Shown here: positions 29,138-40,520 of the stretch, piece by piece
Layout: each line of letters opens with the position of its first letter
Numbering within the stretch: position 1 is the stretch's first letter
Origin: Mycolicibacterium sp.
GTDB taxonomy: Bacteria > Actinomycetota > Actinomycetes > Mycobacteriales > Mycobacteriaceae
NCBI RefSeq assembly: GCF_020637165.1
Contig: NZ_JACJWN010000007.1
Strand: one strand, 5' to 3'
DNA length: 64,000 bases
Notes under the pieces: model-generated
The model's database searches: none
The model's input: the letters and a program-made list of their open reading frames with translations, nothing else
Told to the model about the DNA's origin: nothing
Made by a program: the position numbers and the translations under genes

Positions 29138-31858
29138 GGGACTGTCGCAATAACGGTGTAAGTGGCCTGACGGGCCCCGGTGTGTCGGGGCCGGAAAGGT
29201 CACGCGATGACCGAAACTCTCGTGGCTGTGATGCCGTCGAAGGATGCAGTTGAAGCCACCGCCGATGCGGTGATTGAAGTCCCCGACGCCCGGGAGGTCG
29301 ATGAGCTCGAGGTCGCCCGGGAGTTGGTGCGCCAGGCCCGTGAGGCCGGGGTTGCCTTGACCGGCCCGGGCGGGTTGCTCAAAGCGATGACCAAGACGGT
29401 CATCGAGACCGCCCTGGATGAGGAGATGTCCGAGCATCTGGGCTATGACCGCCACTCCGTGGAGGGCCGCGGTAGTGGTAACTCCCGCAACGGGACCCGG
29501 TCCAAGACGGTGCTCACCGATGCCTGCGGGGCGATCGAGATCGAGGTCCCGCGGGACCGGGCGGGCACCTTCGAGCCGCAGATCGTAAAGAAACGTCAGC
29601 GACGCCTGACCGACGTCGACGAGGTGGTGCTGTCCCTGTACGCACGCGGGCTGACCACCGGGGAGATCAGCGCCCATTTCGCCGACATCTACGGCGCGGC
29701 GGTGTCCAAGGACACCATCAGCCGCATCACCGACAAGGTGATCGAGGAGATGGCCGCCTGGCACACCCGCCCGTTGGAGCGGGTCTACGCAGCGGTGTTC
29801 ATCGACGCCCTGCACGTGAAGATCCGCGACGGCCAGGTCGGGCCACGGCCCGTCTATGCCGCGATCGGGGTCGATTTGGGCGGGCATCGTGACGTGCTGG
29901 GCATGTGGGCCGGCGAAGGTGACGGGGAGTCGGCCAAGTACTGGCTGGCGGTACTGACCGAGCTGCGCAACCGCGGCGTGGCCGACATCTTCTTCCTGAT
30001 CTGCGACGGCCTCAAAGGGTTGCCCGCCTCGGTGGGGGCGGCATTTCCCGACACGGTCGTGCAGACCTGCATCATCCATTTGATCCGCGGCACGTTCCGC
30101 TATGCCGGGCGCCAGCACCGCGATGCGATCGCCCGCGCGATCAGACCGATCTACACCGCGGTCAACGCCACCGCCGCTGACCGGTCCCCGATAGTCGGTC
30201 CACCTGGTTTTAGAGGCCAGGTTGTTGTACCGATTTCAGTTGATCTCGCAGGCCACGGGGTGATGGGTGTGGCTGCATTGGGCAGCGTACTCGGCCGGGG
30301 TCAGGTAGCCCAGGGCCGAGTGGCGGTGGGCGGTGTTGTGTTCGTGCTTGAAGTCGGCGATGCCGACGCGGGCTTCGAGCAGGTTGGTCCAGTAATTGCG
30401 GTTGAGGCACTCCTTGCGCAGGCGGTTGTTGAATGACTCGATGAACCCGTTATTCCAGGGTGTGCCCGGAGGGATGTAGGACAGCCCGACCTTTCCTTCG
30501 CAGAACTGTTGCAGCGCTTGGGAAATCATCTCCGGACCGTTGTCCATGCGCAGCACCATCGGCGGTCCGCCCGCGGCGGCGAAGCTGCGTTCCAGCTCTT
30601 CGATGAGGCGCTCGGCGGTGATCGAGCGCTCGACGATGTTCAGCAGCGACTCGCGGGTGTGCTCATCGACCATCGAGGCGATCTTGATGGCCCTGCCGTC
30701 GATGGTGGAGTCGAACTGGAAGTCCAGCGCCCAGACCACCTTGGGAGCATCCGCGCAGACCTGCGGGTGCGAGGACGCCCCGGCGCGTTTGCGCCGGCTG
30801 TGCACGCGGCGCTGCAGGCCCTCCTCGGCCCACAGCCGCTGCACCTTCTTCTTGTTGATCCTGCGGTGCTCGTCGTGGCGCAGCGCCGCCCAGGCCCGAC
30901 GAAACCCATGACAGGGATGGGCCTTGGCGTAAGCGCGCAGCCAGGCCCGCAGATCGGCGTCCGGATCGGCCGGGCTCGCCGCCAGCGGGACGCGTTGGTA
31001 GGTGGAGCGGGCGAGCCCGACTGCTTTGCACGCCAACCGTTCTGAGATGCCCTTGACGTCCTTGAGCATGTCCACGGCGCGGCGCTTGGCGGCCGGGCTC
31101 AGAATTTTCCCTTGGCCACCTCCCGCAGAGCGTCCTTCTCCAGCTCGGCCTCGGCCAGCAGCCGCTTGAGGCGGCTGTTCTGCTCCCGCAGCTCCTTGAG
31201 CTCCTTGGCGGCGTTGAGGTCCATCCCGCCATAGGCCCGCCGCCAGTTGTACAGCGTCGCCGCCGAGACCTCCAGCTCCGCGGCGATCTCCTCGTTGGTC
31301 TTGCCCGTCGCGGCGAGCTCGTCGGCCCGGCGCAACTTGCGCACCACGTCCTCCGCCGAATGCTTCTTACGGCCAGCCATGTGATTCATCGTCCCTTCCG
31401 GCCCTCTCCGGGCCACAGGACTCTAAAACAGGGTGGCCTCACTCACGGGGAACATGCCACCGCCGCCGAGGCCCTCCACGCCTTCGACGCGGAGTGGGGG
31501 CAGCGGTATCCGGCCGCAGTTCGGTTGTGGCGCAACGCCTGGCAGGAATTCATCCCGTTCCTCGACTACGACACCGAGATCAGGAAGGTGATCTGTTCGA
31601 CCAACGCCATCGAGTCGCTCAACGCCCGTTACCGCCGCGCGATCAGGGTCCGCGGTCATTTCCCCACCGAGCAGGCAGCCCTGAAATGCCTATACTTGGT
31701 CACCCGGTCACTGGACCCGACCGGGACCGGCCAGAAGCGATGGACCATGCGCTGGAAACCAGCGTTGAATGCCTTCGCGATCACCTTCGCCGACCGAATC
31801 CCGGCCAGCGAAACCAACTAACCGAAGATGCCACTTACACCGTTAATCTGACGGACCC
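29138..31858 (+). mobile_element. IS256-family element B, interrupted by IS3-C
   Basis: IRs GGGACTGTCGCAATAACGGTGTAAGTGGC / GGGTCCGTCAGATTAACGGTGTAAGTGGC; 8-bp TSD GGCCCCGT; transposase in two parts (from 29208; 31460-31821). Confidence 0.88.
30178..31459 (-). mobile_element. IS3-C copy 2
   Basis: Same ORFs as 19366-20647; TSD CCGC. Confidence 0.9.
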
Positions 31859-31885
31859 GGCCCCGTCGAAACGGGAACTGTGGGA

Positions 31886-31911
31886 CCTGACTTTTGTCAC
31901 TCGGGCGGCCC
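31886..31911 (+). mobile_element. IS1634-type end stub
   Basis: CCTGACTT terminus truncating IS3-A. Confidence 0.45.
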
Positions 31912-33222
31912 TGAACTACCCCAGGTTTCGTTCCTAGTTGGTTGCGAGGGCCGGGGTTGGCTGGCTCGCGGGGTGTGAGGCGCCGGTGAGGGCGGCCTCG
32001 TACTCGGCTGGTGGGACGTAGCCGAGGGCTTCATGCAGGCGTTCCTGGTTGTACCAGGCCACCCATTGCGCGGTTGCCAGTTCGACATCGGCGACGCTGC
32101 GCCAGGGCTTACAGCGGTGGATCACCTCGCTCTTGTAAGCGGCGTTGACCGTCTCGGCGAGGGCGTTGTCATAGCTGTCGCCGCGGGAACCAACCGAGGG
32201 GGCGATCCTGAGCTCGGCGAGCCTGTCGGTGTAGGCCAAAGAGACATATTGCGACCCGCGGTCGCTGTGATGCACCAACTCAGACAGGTCCGAATTGGCC
32301 TGCCAGACAGCATGTTCGAATGCCTGCAAGGGCGGATCTTCGGTGCGCATCGACGCGGCCACTGCCCAGCCGACGATCTTGCGAGTGCAGACGTCGGTGA
32401 CGAAAGCGGTGTAGCAGAACCCCTGCCAGGTCCGCGCGTAGGTGATGCCGGCAACCCACAGCCGGTTCGGTGCCGGGGCGCTGAACTGGCGGTTGACCAG
32501 ATCGGCCGGCCGCTGATCGGCCGGGTCGGTCACGGTGGTGAACACCGGCTTTCCCCGATGAACGCCCCGTAGCCCGGCTTTGCGCATCAACCTGCGGGTT
32601 TGTTCGCGACCCAGCTGCCAGCCCCGCCGGGGCATCGCCACGTGCATCTTCTTGACCCCGTAGACCGAGAAGTTCTTCTCGTGGACGGTGCGCAGCTCGG
32701 CGATCAGCTGTTCATCGCGGATCTCCCGGTCACTGGCCGGACGGGTCCGGGCGGCGCGGTAGCCCCGGGAGGTGAGAAAGCCAGGGATTGCTGCCCGCAA
32801 AATCCGGCAGATGAGCTCGACCCCGAACTGATCGCGATGCATGTCGATGAACGCGATCATTTCGTCGCGGGGCGGTCGAGCTCCGCTGCGAAAAACGCAG
32901 ACGCAGACTTCAAAATCTCATTCGCTCTGCGTAGTTCGGCGACCTCCCGCTTCAGGCGCCGAATCTCGGCGTGCTCCACGCTGGTCATTCCGGGCCGCTC
33001 GCCGGCATCGACTTGAGCTTTACGCCGCCACCGGCGCACCGACTCCTCCGAGACACCCAGTTTGCTGGCCACGGACTTGATGGCCTCGAACTCCGAAGTT
33101 TCCGAGGACTCCATCATCGTGTCCAACAACCGCAACGCACGCTGCCGGAACTCCGGCGAATACTGACGGGGCATAGTTCCTGATCCTCCTATACGGATCG
33201 GAACGAAACCTGGGGTAGTTCA
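31912..33222 (-). mobile_element. IS3-B, full copy (1311 bp)
   Basis: Both IRs; orfA 32857-33174; orfB 31934-32860; no TSD. Confidence 0.92.
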
Positions 33223-33336
33223 GAACACCCACCGGACCCTACCCGCTTAGTAAGCCAAAACGCCCCGCCCGACAAACAAACGCAAAGGTCAGAGCGATTT
33301 CGCCTCTGGAATTCCGCGGAAGTGTCCTAAGTCAGG
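33223..33336 (-). mobile_element. IS1634 left-end remnant
   Basis: Reverse complement of 2582-~2695. Confidence 0.85.
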
Positions 33337-33433
33337 CCAGAGTTCGAGGCGGAGTTCTACGATGCCCAACGGAGCGACCAGACCCTGGTCGAAATCCAAT
33401 AGCCCGAGCCTCCACCGGAACCAGTGCGATTCA
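33337..33433 (+). mobile_element. IS3-family element E right-end remnant
   Basis: ..EFEAEFYDAQRSDQTLVEIQ* and end ..CCAGTGCGATTCA; near-identical inverted copy at 44755. Confidence 0.75.
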
Positions 33434-33453
33434 GCCCAGATCCAGACTGGGTA

Positions 33454-34197
33454 TCAGTGTGGAGGATTTCTATTGTTACGCGCGAAGAGGAAATCGCCCT
33501 GCACCGATGCGCCAGCACTATAAGCGACGTGATGTACACCTACCAATGAGAAACCACGCTGGCGCAACCAGTCAATGATTTCGTCCGCTAAGGCTTGGCC
33601 TTCGTACAATTCCACAAAAGAACACTCGACGTATACCCAAGCAAACCGATCAAGCAAGTCCTCGCAACCGATCAGCGCCTGTAACTCGAAACCCTGGACA
33701 TCTATCTTGAGTAGCGCAGGCGCTTCGATCTGTGTGACCGGAAGTTGCTCAACTAGCCGTGTCATCTTGACGGTTTCCGTGCCGACTCGACCTGTCCCCG
33801 GGAACAGCTTGCTTTGCGCCGCAGTGATTGGCAACAGCGATGAAGAATCGTCCTGACCAGCGACATTGATTGTCATCTCTCCGGCTCGCGGTCCGAGAGC
33901 CGCTTCAAAGAGCAGGGTGCGGGTGTCGCTGGCAAATACAGACCGCCAAATTTCCGCTGGCCGTGCGAGCGGCTCGAAGGCAATTATCCGTGACTCGGGA
34001 AAACAGTGACGAGCCGCAAGCCCAAATTGTCCTCGATTTGCACCGACATCGACTATTGTGGAGAGCTCTGGTATGGACCGCAAGACCCGCACGTGTTCGG
34101 TAGCCGCAGCGACGCGCTGCCCGAAGAGGGCTTGGCGCCAACCTCGGACAAGAAGGATGTGCATAATCTTTTCGGCCCTGAAGAAAGTTTGATTCAC
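33454..34197 (-). CDS. FkbM-family methyltransferase
   Basis: IVDVGANRG, IAFEP, LLKIDVQGFE. Confidence 0.88.
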   Translation of the reverse strand: MNQTFFRAEKIMHILLVRGWRQALFGQRVAAATEHVRVLRSIPELSTIVDVGANRGQFGLAARHCFPESRIIAFEPLARPAEIWRSVFASDTRTLLFEAALGPRAGEMTINVAGQDDSSSLLPITAAQSKLFPGTGRVGTETVKMTRLVEQLPVTQIEAPALLKIDVQGFELQALIGCEDLLDRFAWVYVECSFVELYEGQALADEIIDWLRQRGFSLVGVHHVAYSAGASVQGDFLFARNNRNPPH

Positions 34198-34521
34198 CAG
34201 AGCATCTCTCGAGCTGCAACGTTGTCAGTTTTGAAGCAAAATTTGTCGTCACCCGCGACTTGCGCGTGCTTGACTCGGCCACCGACCCAGACAAGAGTCG
34301 CAGACTCAGTAATCCCATTTTCTCGGGCCGTCTGTGCTGGATTCTGCCGCACCCGGGCGAACTCTGTCGAACCGCGTTTGAGCTTGCCCTGAGGGGTAGC
34401 GTGCACAAACTCTCGAAATCCTCCGGTTGGGGCCATCACGCGCCAGACTCGGGGTGTCGGGGAGCGAGAGATAGAGGTTCCCTTTCGCGAGGCGTGTATT
34501 GCCCTTGACTTAGCAAGCATC

Positions 34522-35757
34522 TCATCCTCCTCCAAGCTCTCGGGGAGTAACCGGCAGACGCGGTTCCCTTCCTTCCGTGGCACTGCTGCCGCCGTTGTCT
34601 GAAATGTTTGAACTATCAATTACACCGATGGCGCCGGCGGCAATTCCAGAGGATGACCCAACTGCGAGCCAGAGTGCTAGGGATGCGACGGATGGAGCAG
34701 CTAATTGCGAAGCGACTAGGTTCGCAAGCAATCCGATCGACAACAGTGGCAAGAACGGGCTCAATGATACGGTTAGCCTGATGCCCGCCCGTAGAAGTAG
34801 GGCGATCAACGCAAGCGCTGGCGGCACGCCCCATTTGAGGGCAAAATCCAAAAATCCTCCCTGACCCGAACCCCACTTGAGCCCGATCCAGACCCCGGAT
34901 CCGTGGCCGAAGAGTAGCGACTCACCTAGCCTACTTTGGCCGTACGCCCAGATCTCCGTTCTACCAGTAAGGTCTTCACTACGACCCATAGATTCGCTGA
35001 AGCTGGCAAGCGTCAGTGAACCCCAGAAATTAATCGTAACCAGCAATACAACTAATCCAAGAAGGGTGATGACGATTGGCCTGGTTCGTGGGCGGATGCG
35101 CCGCAACCATGCGATTCCAACAATCGCGCCCGCGGCACCGATGGAACAAGCGTAGGCAGTTGCGGAGTCTGCCCGCACAAGCATAAGCACGGCCGCGGCG
35201 CCGGCGACCAGGTGCCACCGCCTAAAATTAGCGTTGAAAAATAGCGTGACTATGGAGGCTAGAGCGCCTACAGCGCACGTACCAGCAAGGCTATTCCACG
35301 GGAAGTAGCCGGCGTATCCTCCGGCACTGCCCACGTTCAGCATGCCTGCGACTCCGCCGACAGGCGTTACGAGTCCGACGACTGAGGGAACGAGTGAGAC
35401 TGAAGTCGCAAGCGCAAATGTTTGAAGCTTATTTTCGGTCGTGCTTCGCAGCGCGAATACATAAATGACCATCAGAAGCATCACGGCCGCCGACAATACA
35501 GTTTCTGCTGGCCGCGGAGCCACCACGGAAGCGGCTACCATCCATCCGGCGATAAAAAGCAGAAGAGGGCGCGAGAACAGTGCAATAAAGGACTGGTTCA
35601 ACTCCCGTACGACCATGACGGCCAAAACCACGAGTGAGACGGTCATGTGTTGGCGACCCGGATAGTTAGGGAAGAAACCGGAGAACCCCTGAGCGCCGAT
35701 GACTACGACTAGAAATAATCCCCAGTCAATCCGCGTGCTTCCTTTTCGCTCGGCCAT
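34522..35757 (-). CDS. O-antigen ligase/polymerase (Wzy/WaaL-like) membrane protein
   Basis: Multiple hydrophobic helices; SATA, LTGRTEIW and LLFGHG motifs. Confidence 0.75.
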   Translation of the reverse strand: MAERKGSTRIDWGLFLVVVIGAQGFSGFFPNYPGRQHMTVSLVVLAVMVVRELNQSFIALFSRPLLLFIAGWMVAASVVAPRPAETVLSAAVMLLMVIYVFALRSTTENKLQTFALATSVSLVPSVVGLVTPVGGVAGMLNVGSAGGYAGYFPWNSLAGTCAVGALASIVTLFFNANFRRWHLVAGAAAVLMLVRADSATAYACSIGAAGAIVGIAWLRRIRPRTRPIVITLLGLVVLLVTINFWGSLTLASFSESMGRSEDLTGRTEIWAYGQSRLGESLLFGHGSGVWIGLKWGSGQGGFLDFALKWGVPPALALIALLLRAGIRLTVSLSPFLPLLSIGLLANLVASQLAAPSVASLALWLAVGSSSGIAAGAIGVIDSSNISDNGGSSATEGREPRLPVTPRELGGG

Positions 35758-35896
35758 GCTCCCAATCCCTGCTCCGCCCGGCCGAACCGGCCAATTGCTA
35801 GCTCGAGGAGCCCGGATTCTTGGCGAGTCTGGCGACATCGAAAGGTTGATTTTACAGCTAGGGGGCGAGTATCGCTTGCCAGGGTGGGGTCGGGGT

Positions 35897-35949
35897 TGTC
35901 AATGGACATCTGGATCTGCCCGTGGGCGGCCAGGGGGAACTGCCCAGTG
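35897..35949 (+). mobile_element. IS21-type end remnant
   Basis: TGTCAATGGAC.. with repeated CTGCCC boxes. Confidence 0.4.
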
Positions 35950-36598
35950 TGAACTACCCCAGGTTTCGTTCCTAGTTGGTTGCGAGGGCCGGGGTTGGCT
36001 GGCTCGCGGGGTGTGAGGCGCCGGTGAGGGCGGCCTCGTACTCGGCCGGTGGGACGTAGCCGAGGGCTTCATGCAGGCGTTCCTGGTTGTACCAGGCCAC
36101 CCATTGCGCGGTTGCCAGTTCGACATCGGCGACGCTGCGCCAGGGCTTACAGCGGTGGATCACCTCGCTCTTGTAAGCGGCGTTGACCGTCTCGGCGAGG
36201 GCGTTGTCATAGCTATCGCCGCGGGAACCCACCGAGGGGGCGATCCCGAGCTCGGCGAGCCTGTCGGTGTAGGCCAAAGAGACATATTGCGACCCGCGGT
36301 CGCTGTGATGCACCAACTCAGACAGGTCCGAATTGGCCTGCCAGACAGCATGTTCGAATGCCTGCAAGGGCAGATCTTCGGTGCGCATCGACGCGGCCAC
36401 TGCCCAGCCGACGATCTTGCGAGTGCAGACATCGGTGACGAAAGCGGTGTAGCAGAACCCCTGCCAGGTCCGTACGTAGGTGATGCCGGCAACCCACAGC
36501 CGGTTCGGTGCCGGGGCGCTGAACTGGCGGTTGACCAGATCGGCCGGCCGCTGATCGGCCGGGTCGGTCACGGTGGTGAACACCGGCTTTCCCCGATG
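35950..36598 (-). mobile_element. IS3-B right part
   Basis: Right IR and 3' orfB, with a few SNPs relative to the other copies. Confidence 0.85.
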
Positions 36599-37682
36599 CC
36601 TGTCGAAGTGGATGCGCCAGGCTGATGTCGATGACGGCGCCAAACCGGGCACCAGCCGGGCCGAGTCGGTCGAGCTGCGGGAACTGCGCCGCCGTAACCG
36701 GCTGCTGGAGCAGGAAAACGAAGTCCTGCGCCGAGCCGCCGCCTACCTGTCGCAGGCCAATCTGCCGGGAAAAGGATCTACCCGCTCGTGAAGGAGCTCG
36801 CCGCCGACGGGATCCCCGTGGCGGTGACGTGCCGGGTACTCAAGCTCGCCCGCCAGCCCTACTACCGCTGGCTGGCCGATCCCGTGACCGACGCCGAGAT
36901 CACCGAGGCGTACCGGGCCAACGCCCTGTTCGACGCCCACAAAGATGACCCCGAGTTCGGCTACCGCTACCTGCTCGAGGAAGCCCGCGACGCCGGCCAG
37001 CCGATGGCCGAGCGCACCGCCTGGCGGATCTGCTCGCAGAACCAGTGGTGGAGCGCCTTCGGCAAGCGCAAGCGCGGCAAGAACGGCAAGGTCGGCCCGC
37101 CGGTCCACGACGATCTAGTCGGCCGGATCTTCACCGTCCCAACGCCAAATACGTTGTGGCTAGCCGATATCACCGAACACTGCACCGACGAAGGCAAGCT
37201 TTACATCTGCGCGATCAAGGACCAGTTCTCCAACCGCATCGTCGGCTACAGCATCGACTCCCGCATGAAGTCACGGTTGGCTACCCAGGCTCTGGCCAAT
37301 GCGGTAGCCCGCCGTGGCGATGTCGCCGGCTGCATCGTCCACAGCGACAGGGGCAGTCAATTTCGAAGCCGAAAATTCGTTCTCGCCCTGGGCCGCCACG
37401 ACATGGTCGGCTCCATGGGCCGCGTCGGGGCCGCCGGGGACAACGCCGCCATGGAGAGCTTCTTCTCGCTGCTGCAGAAGAACGTCCTCGACCGCCGGCG
37501 CTGGAACACCCGAGAGGAACTGCGTGTCGCGATCGTCACCTGGATCGAACGCACCTACCACCGCCGGCGCCGTCAGGTTGGCCTCGGCCGGTTGACCCCG
37601 ATCGAATTCGAAGCAATCATGACCGCACCGGCCGATCAGGCCGCGTGACTGGAACTGTCACCTGCTCGTGCAGCAGACCCCA
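36599..37682 (+). mobile_element. IS3-family element F, left end missing
   Basis: orfA tail with GGGAAAA; orfB 36788-37648 (WLADITEH, HSDRGSQF, NAAMES). Confidence 0.85.
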
Positions 37683-37747
37683 ATCATGACCACACGGCCG
37701 ATCAGGCCGCGCGACTGAATCTGTCACCTTTCCGTGCAGCAGACCCC
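37683..37747 (+). repeat. Diverged tandem second copy of the IS3-F right end
   Basis: ATCATGACC..GGCCGATCAGGCCGCG..CTGTCACC..GTGCAGCAGACCCC occurs twice. Confidence 0.75.
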
Positions 37748-37796
37748 CTCTTCCTGCAGCAGCCCGTAATCGACCGAGTGCAGTAGCGTCGAACCT

Positions 37797-38876
37797 GTGA
37801 ATCTAGTTGCATTCATTGACTCGCCTCTGCAAGCGCTAAACCTCCTTGAATACAGTAAGAGGTTTTCCCGTGAAGTCGATGTAGTCGTGGTGGGCGACGT
37901 CGCTGAGCCTGAAAGCTGCAGCCAGATCGAGGCAGTACTTTCCTTGTTGGGGCCGAAGCAAATCATTCAACGCGAGTGGATGCTCCGGCCCGCCGGGCCA
38001 CACAGGGCTCAGCGATCCGTTGCATCAGGGGTGGCAGCGCTGCGGTCGCACTTGCCGCCCGGGCCGCACGAGTTCATCGTTGGTGAATACCGGTCGGCGT
38101 TCTCTTGGGCTGTTTTACACCGCCTCAAAGACCTAGCCCGGAATGTGGTGGTGGTCGACGACGGGACCGCAATGCTCCGCATTGACCGTCAAAAATCAAT
38201 ACCACGATCACGCGAACAATGGCGTCTGCAGTTGAAGCGCCTCATATTTCTCGCACTCGGCATCCGTGGCATCGTTCCGAGAAGTGACCTGACATTCTTC
38301 ACGAGCTTCGCAATTAATGATCGTGTGGCGCCTGGCGATACGGTAATTCGCAACGACTACCGAACGCTTAGCTCCGAATTAAGAGAATTGCCACCAGACG
38401 AAGACTCGGTTTATGTAATTGGTGGCCCGTATCTAGAGGGGGGCGATGTCGATCAGGGTGACGTGGAACTCGCACTTGAGTTGATTGGTTTCGCCGCCGA
38501 CTACACGGGAAAGGAGGTCATTTACATGGCGCATAGACGTGAAAGAGCCGAGAAACTTAACGTCCTACGGAGGGAGGTTACGGTCGTGACTCCAGATGTC
38601 CCATTCGAGATCTACCCTCGGGTTATCGGAAGGCGGCCCAGGTTTATTGTTGGATACTACTCATCAGTCTTCGTTACGGCGGCCGAACTCTTGGGGAATG
38701 CGGTAGATATCATTGCATTAGAAATGCCCCGTCATCAAATCAACAGTTCATGGCTGCCATTCATTGATGCGGTATATGAGTACTATCGGACTGAACTCCC
38801 AACGGCAATACGTATAGTCGATCGGCCTAATTCGTTCCGCGACGAGAAAGGCCGAAGTGGCCAGGATTCCAGTTAG
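37797..38876 (+). CDS. Putative sialyl/ulosonyl-transferase (polysialyltransferase-like GT-B)
   Basis: SPLQALN N-terminus, VVDDG (D/E-D/E-G), YMAHRRE (H-P-like), PFE and YSSV motifs; family assignment from motif recall. Confidence 0.55.
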   Translation: MNLVAFIDSPLQALNLLEYSKRFSREVDVVVVGDVAEPESCSQIEAVLSLLGPKQIIQREWMLRPAGPHRAQRSVASGVAALRSHLPPGPHEFIVGEYRSAFSWAVLHRLKDLARNVVVVDDGTAMLRIDRQKSIPRSREQWRLQLKRLIFLALGIRGIVPRSDLTFFTSFAINDRVAPGDTVIRNDYRTLSSELRELPPDEDSVYVIGGPYLEGGDVDQGDVELALELIGFAADYTGKEVIYMAHRRERAEKLNVLRREVTVVTPDVPFEIYPRVIGRRPRFIVGYYSSVFVTAAELLGNAVDIIALEMPRHQINSSWLPFIDAVYEYYRTELPTAIRIVDRPNSFRDEKGRSGQDSS

Positions 38877-40146
38877 TTTGCTAAAGGGTCGCATTTCGCG
38901 ACTAGTGAGCAACCGGAAGTTATTTGGGGCGGCGGCGTTGACCGCTTCCGACGTTGCCGGAAAAGCGGTCGCGCTAATAATTATGCCTTACCTGGCTAAT
39001 CGGATGGGCTCGGCCGATTTCGGAGTGCTCAACCTCTACATGTCAGTCATCCAGATCCTGACGTTCGGCATCGAACTCGGCGGGCCGGCCCTAATCACCG
39101 CTGAATACGTTCGAAATGGTTATGCGTCAGCGCGGCGACTGCGGGCGACGAACCTCCGATTAGCGATGTGGATCTCAATCGCTATGATCCTAGTGAGCCT
39201 TAGTCTATCTTGGTTTGTCCCATCAGTAGTGCCAACGGCATCGGGTGTGCTGATAGTAGTCGTAAGTTGCGTTCAGGCAATTAATGTGGTCGAGCTCTCA
39301 TACTATCGTGGTGCACAGACTTATGCGGTGGCCATTGCAGGGCAATTTGTATTCGCTTTCCTAAATGTATTGCTGACTGTCATGGCGTTCGAGTTTGATT
39401 CGCCTACAGTAGCAAATCGCTTAATCTGCATTGCGCTGGCTGGCGCGGTAGTGCAGACTGTCTACGCGCTCGAGTTGCGACGGAAGCGTTACACGCCCGC
39501 CGACAAAGCCACGAGACGGGCTAATACCTCCCTAATTGTCGGCTTTGGATTATCGATTTCTATCCACGTGGTGAGTGGTTGGATTCGTGTGAGCATTGAC
39601 CGATTCTTTGTCGCAGCTAATCTTGGACTCCCTGCGACCGGCGTTTATGGTGTTGCAGTTTCGCTGACGGTAGGGGTAACAATCCTTTTCGGGGCGGTCA
39701 GTCAACAGCTTCAGCCCTTTCTTTATCGAAGGGTGAAGTGCCGTGATTTCGCCGGCTTTAGGCGAGTGCAGTTTTTGTTTGTCGTAGTTGTATTATGCTT
39801 CACCACCGCCTATTACCTTTTGCTGCAGATGCTCTTCGGATTGCTGTTCGCGAACGAATACGATGGTGCGAAAGCGCTCCTGCCTGCTCTGTTGGGCGGG
39901 GCGGCTGCCCAATCAATTTTCACTAACTTTTCACATGCGGCGTTCTATGAGCGACGCGCAAGCGAAATCTCGTGGATATCAGCGATTGCACTGCTGGTCC
40001 ATATTGCGGCGCTCGGCGGACTCGCCCTCTCTGACCTCGTCACCTCAACCAACGTCGCTTTGGTCTACTTCGTGTCAAGTACGGTCGCAACGCTAGCTAT
40101 GGCATGGTTGTCTAGGAGTGTCATCCGTCAGCTTCGTCGCACTTAG
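38857..40146 (+). CDS. wzx: Wzx-type oligosaccharide flippase
   Basis: About 12 TM segments; YLANRMGSADFG, IDRFFV..GVYG. Confidence 0.82.
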   Translation: MARIPVSLLKGRISRLVSNRKLFGAAALTASDVAGKAVALIIMPYLANRMGSADFGVLNLYMSVIQILTFGIELGGPALITAEYVRNGYASARRLRATNLRLAMWISIAMILVSLSLSWFVPSVVPTASGVLIVVVSCVQAINVVELSYYRGAQTYAVAIAGQFVFAFLNVLLTVMAFEFDSPTVANRLICIALAGAVVQTVYALELRRKRYTPADKATRRANTSLIVGFGLSISIHVVSGWIRVSIDRFFVAANLGLPATGVYGVAVSLTVGVTILFGAVSQQLQPFLYRRVKCRDFAGFRRVQFLFVVVVLCFTTAYYLLLQMLFGLLFANEYDGAKALLPALLGGAAAQSIFTNFSHAAFYERRASEISWISAIALLVHIAALGGLALSDLVTSTNVALVYFVSSTVATLAMAWLSRSVIRQLRRT

Positions 40147-40230
40147 TTTCGATCCACGTGTGTCACGAACGCTGAAGGGGGCGTGATTTTGGCCGTCGCT
40201 GCGGGTGCGGTTGATGGAGTCATCATGGAT

Positions 40231-40520
40231 CCCGACTTGGCTCAAATTAGTGCGCATCATCGGCGCGGATTTTTGCCAGAGCGGCGCGTAGGTCCCGAGT
40301 TGGGTCATTTGGCTTAGTGCCTGAGCTGTCGACTCTGAGCGCGTCCAGAATTGCTTGGCCCTCGGGGTTCAGGGCGGGCGGGAATGTGGCGATGACGCCG
40401 TTGAGGTCGATGGTGGCTGATCGCAGGGGCTTGAGGTGCGCAGGAACCGGCGCAGTGACAGGCCGGCGCGGTTCTGGACTTTGCGGCTGAGGGCCAGTGC
40501 GGTGAACACGATGCTCAGGT
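40231..40520 (-). mobile_element. Two nested IS1634-family right-end remnants
   Basis: Ends CCCGACTT (40231) and CCCGAGTT (40294); LKPLRSATIDLNG..FPP C-terminus. Confidence 0.7.

Larger units (their letters stand above)
25003..31885 (+). mobile_element. IS3-A::intron copy 2, fragmented by nested IS256-A, IS256-B and IS3-C
   Basis: Left IR at 25003; host sequence resumes at 27573-27615, 29030-29137 and 31859-31885. Confidence 0.88.

Noticed and set aside
34194-34619. 141-aa and 128-aa ORFs between wzy-like and fkbM
   Set aside because: Overlap neighbouring genes and have no motifs
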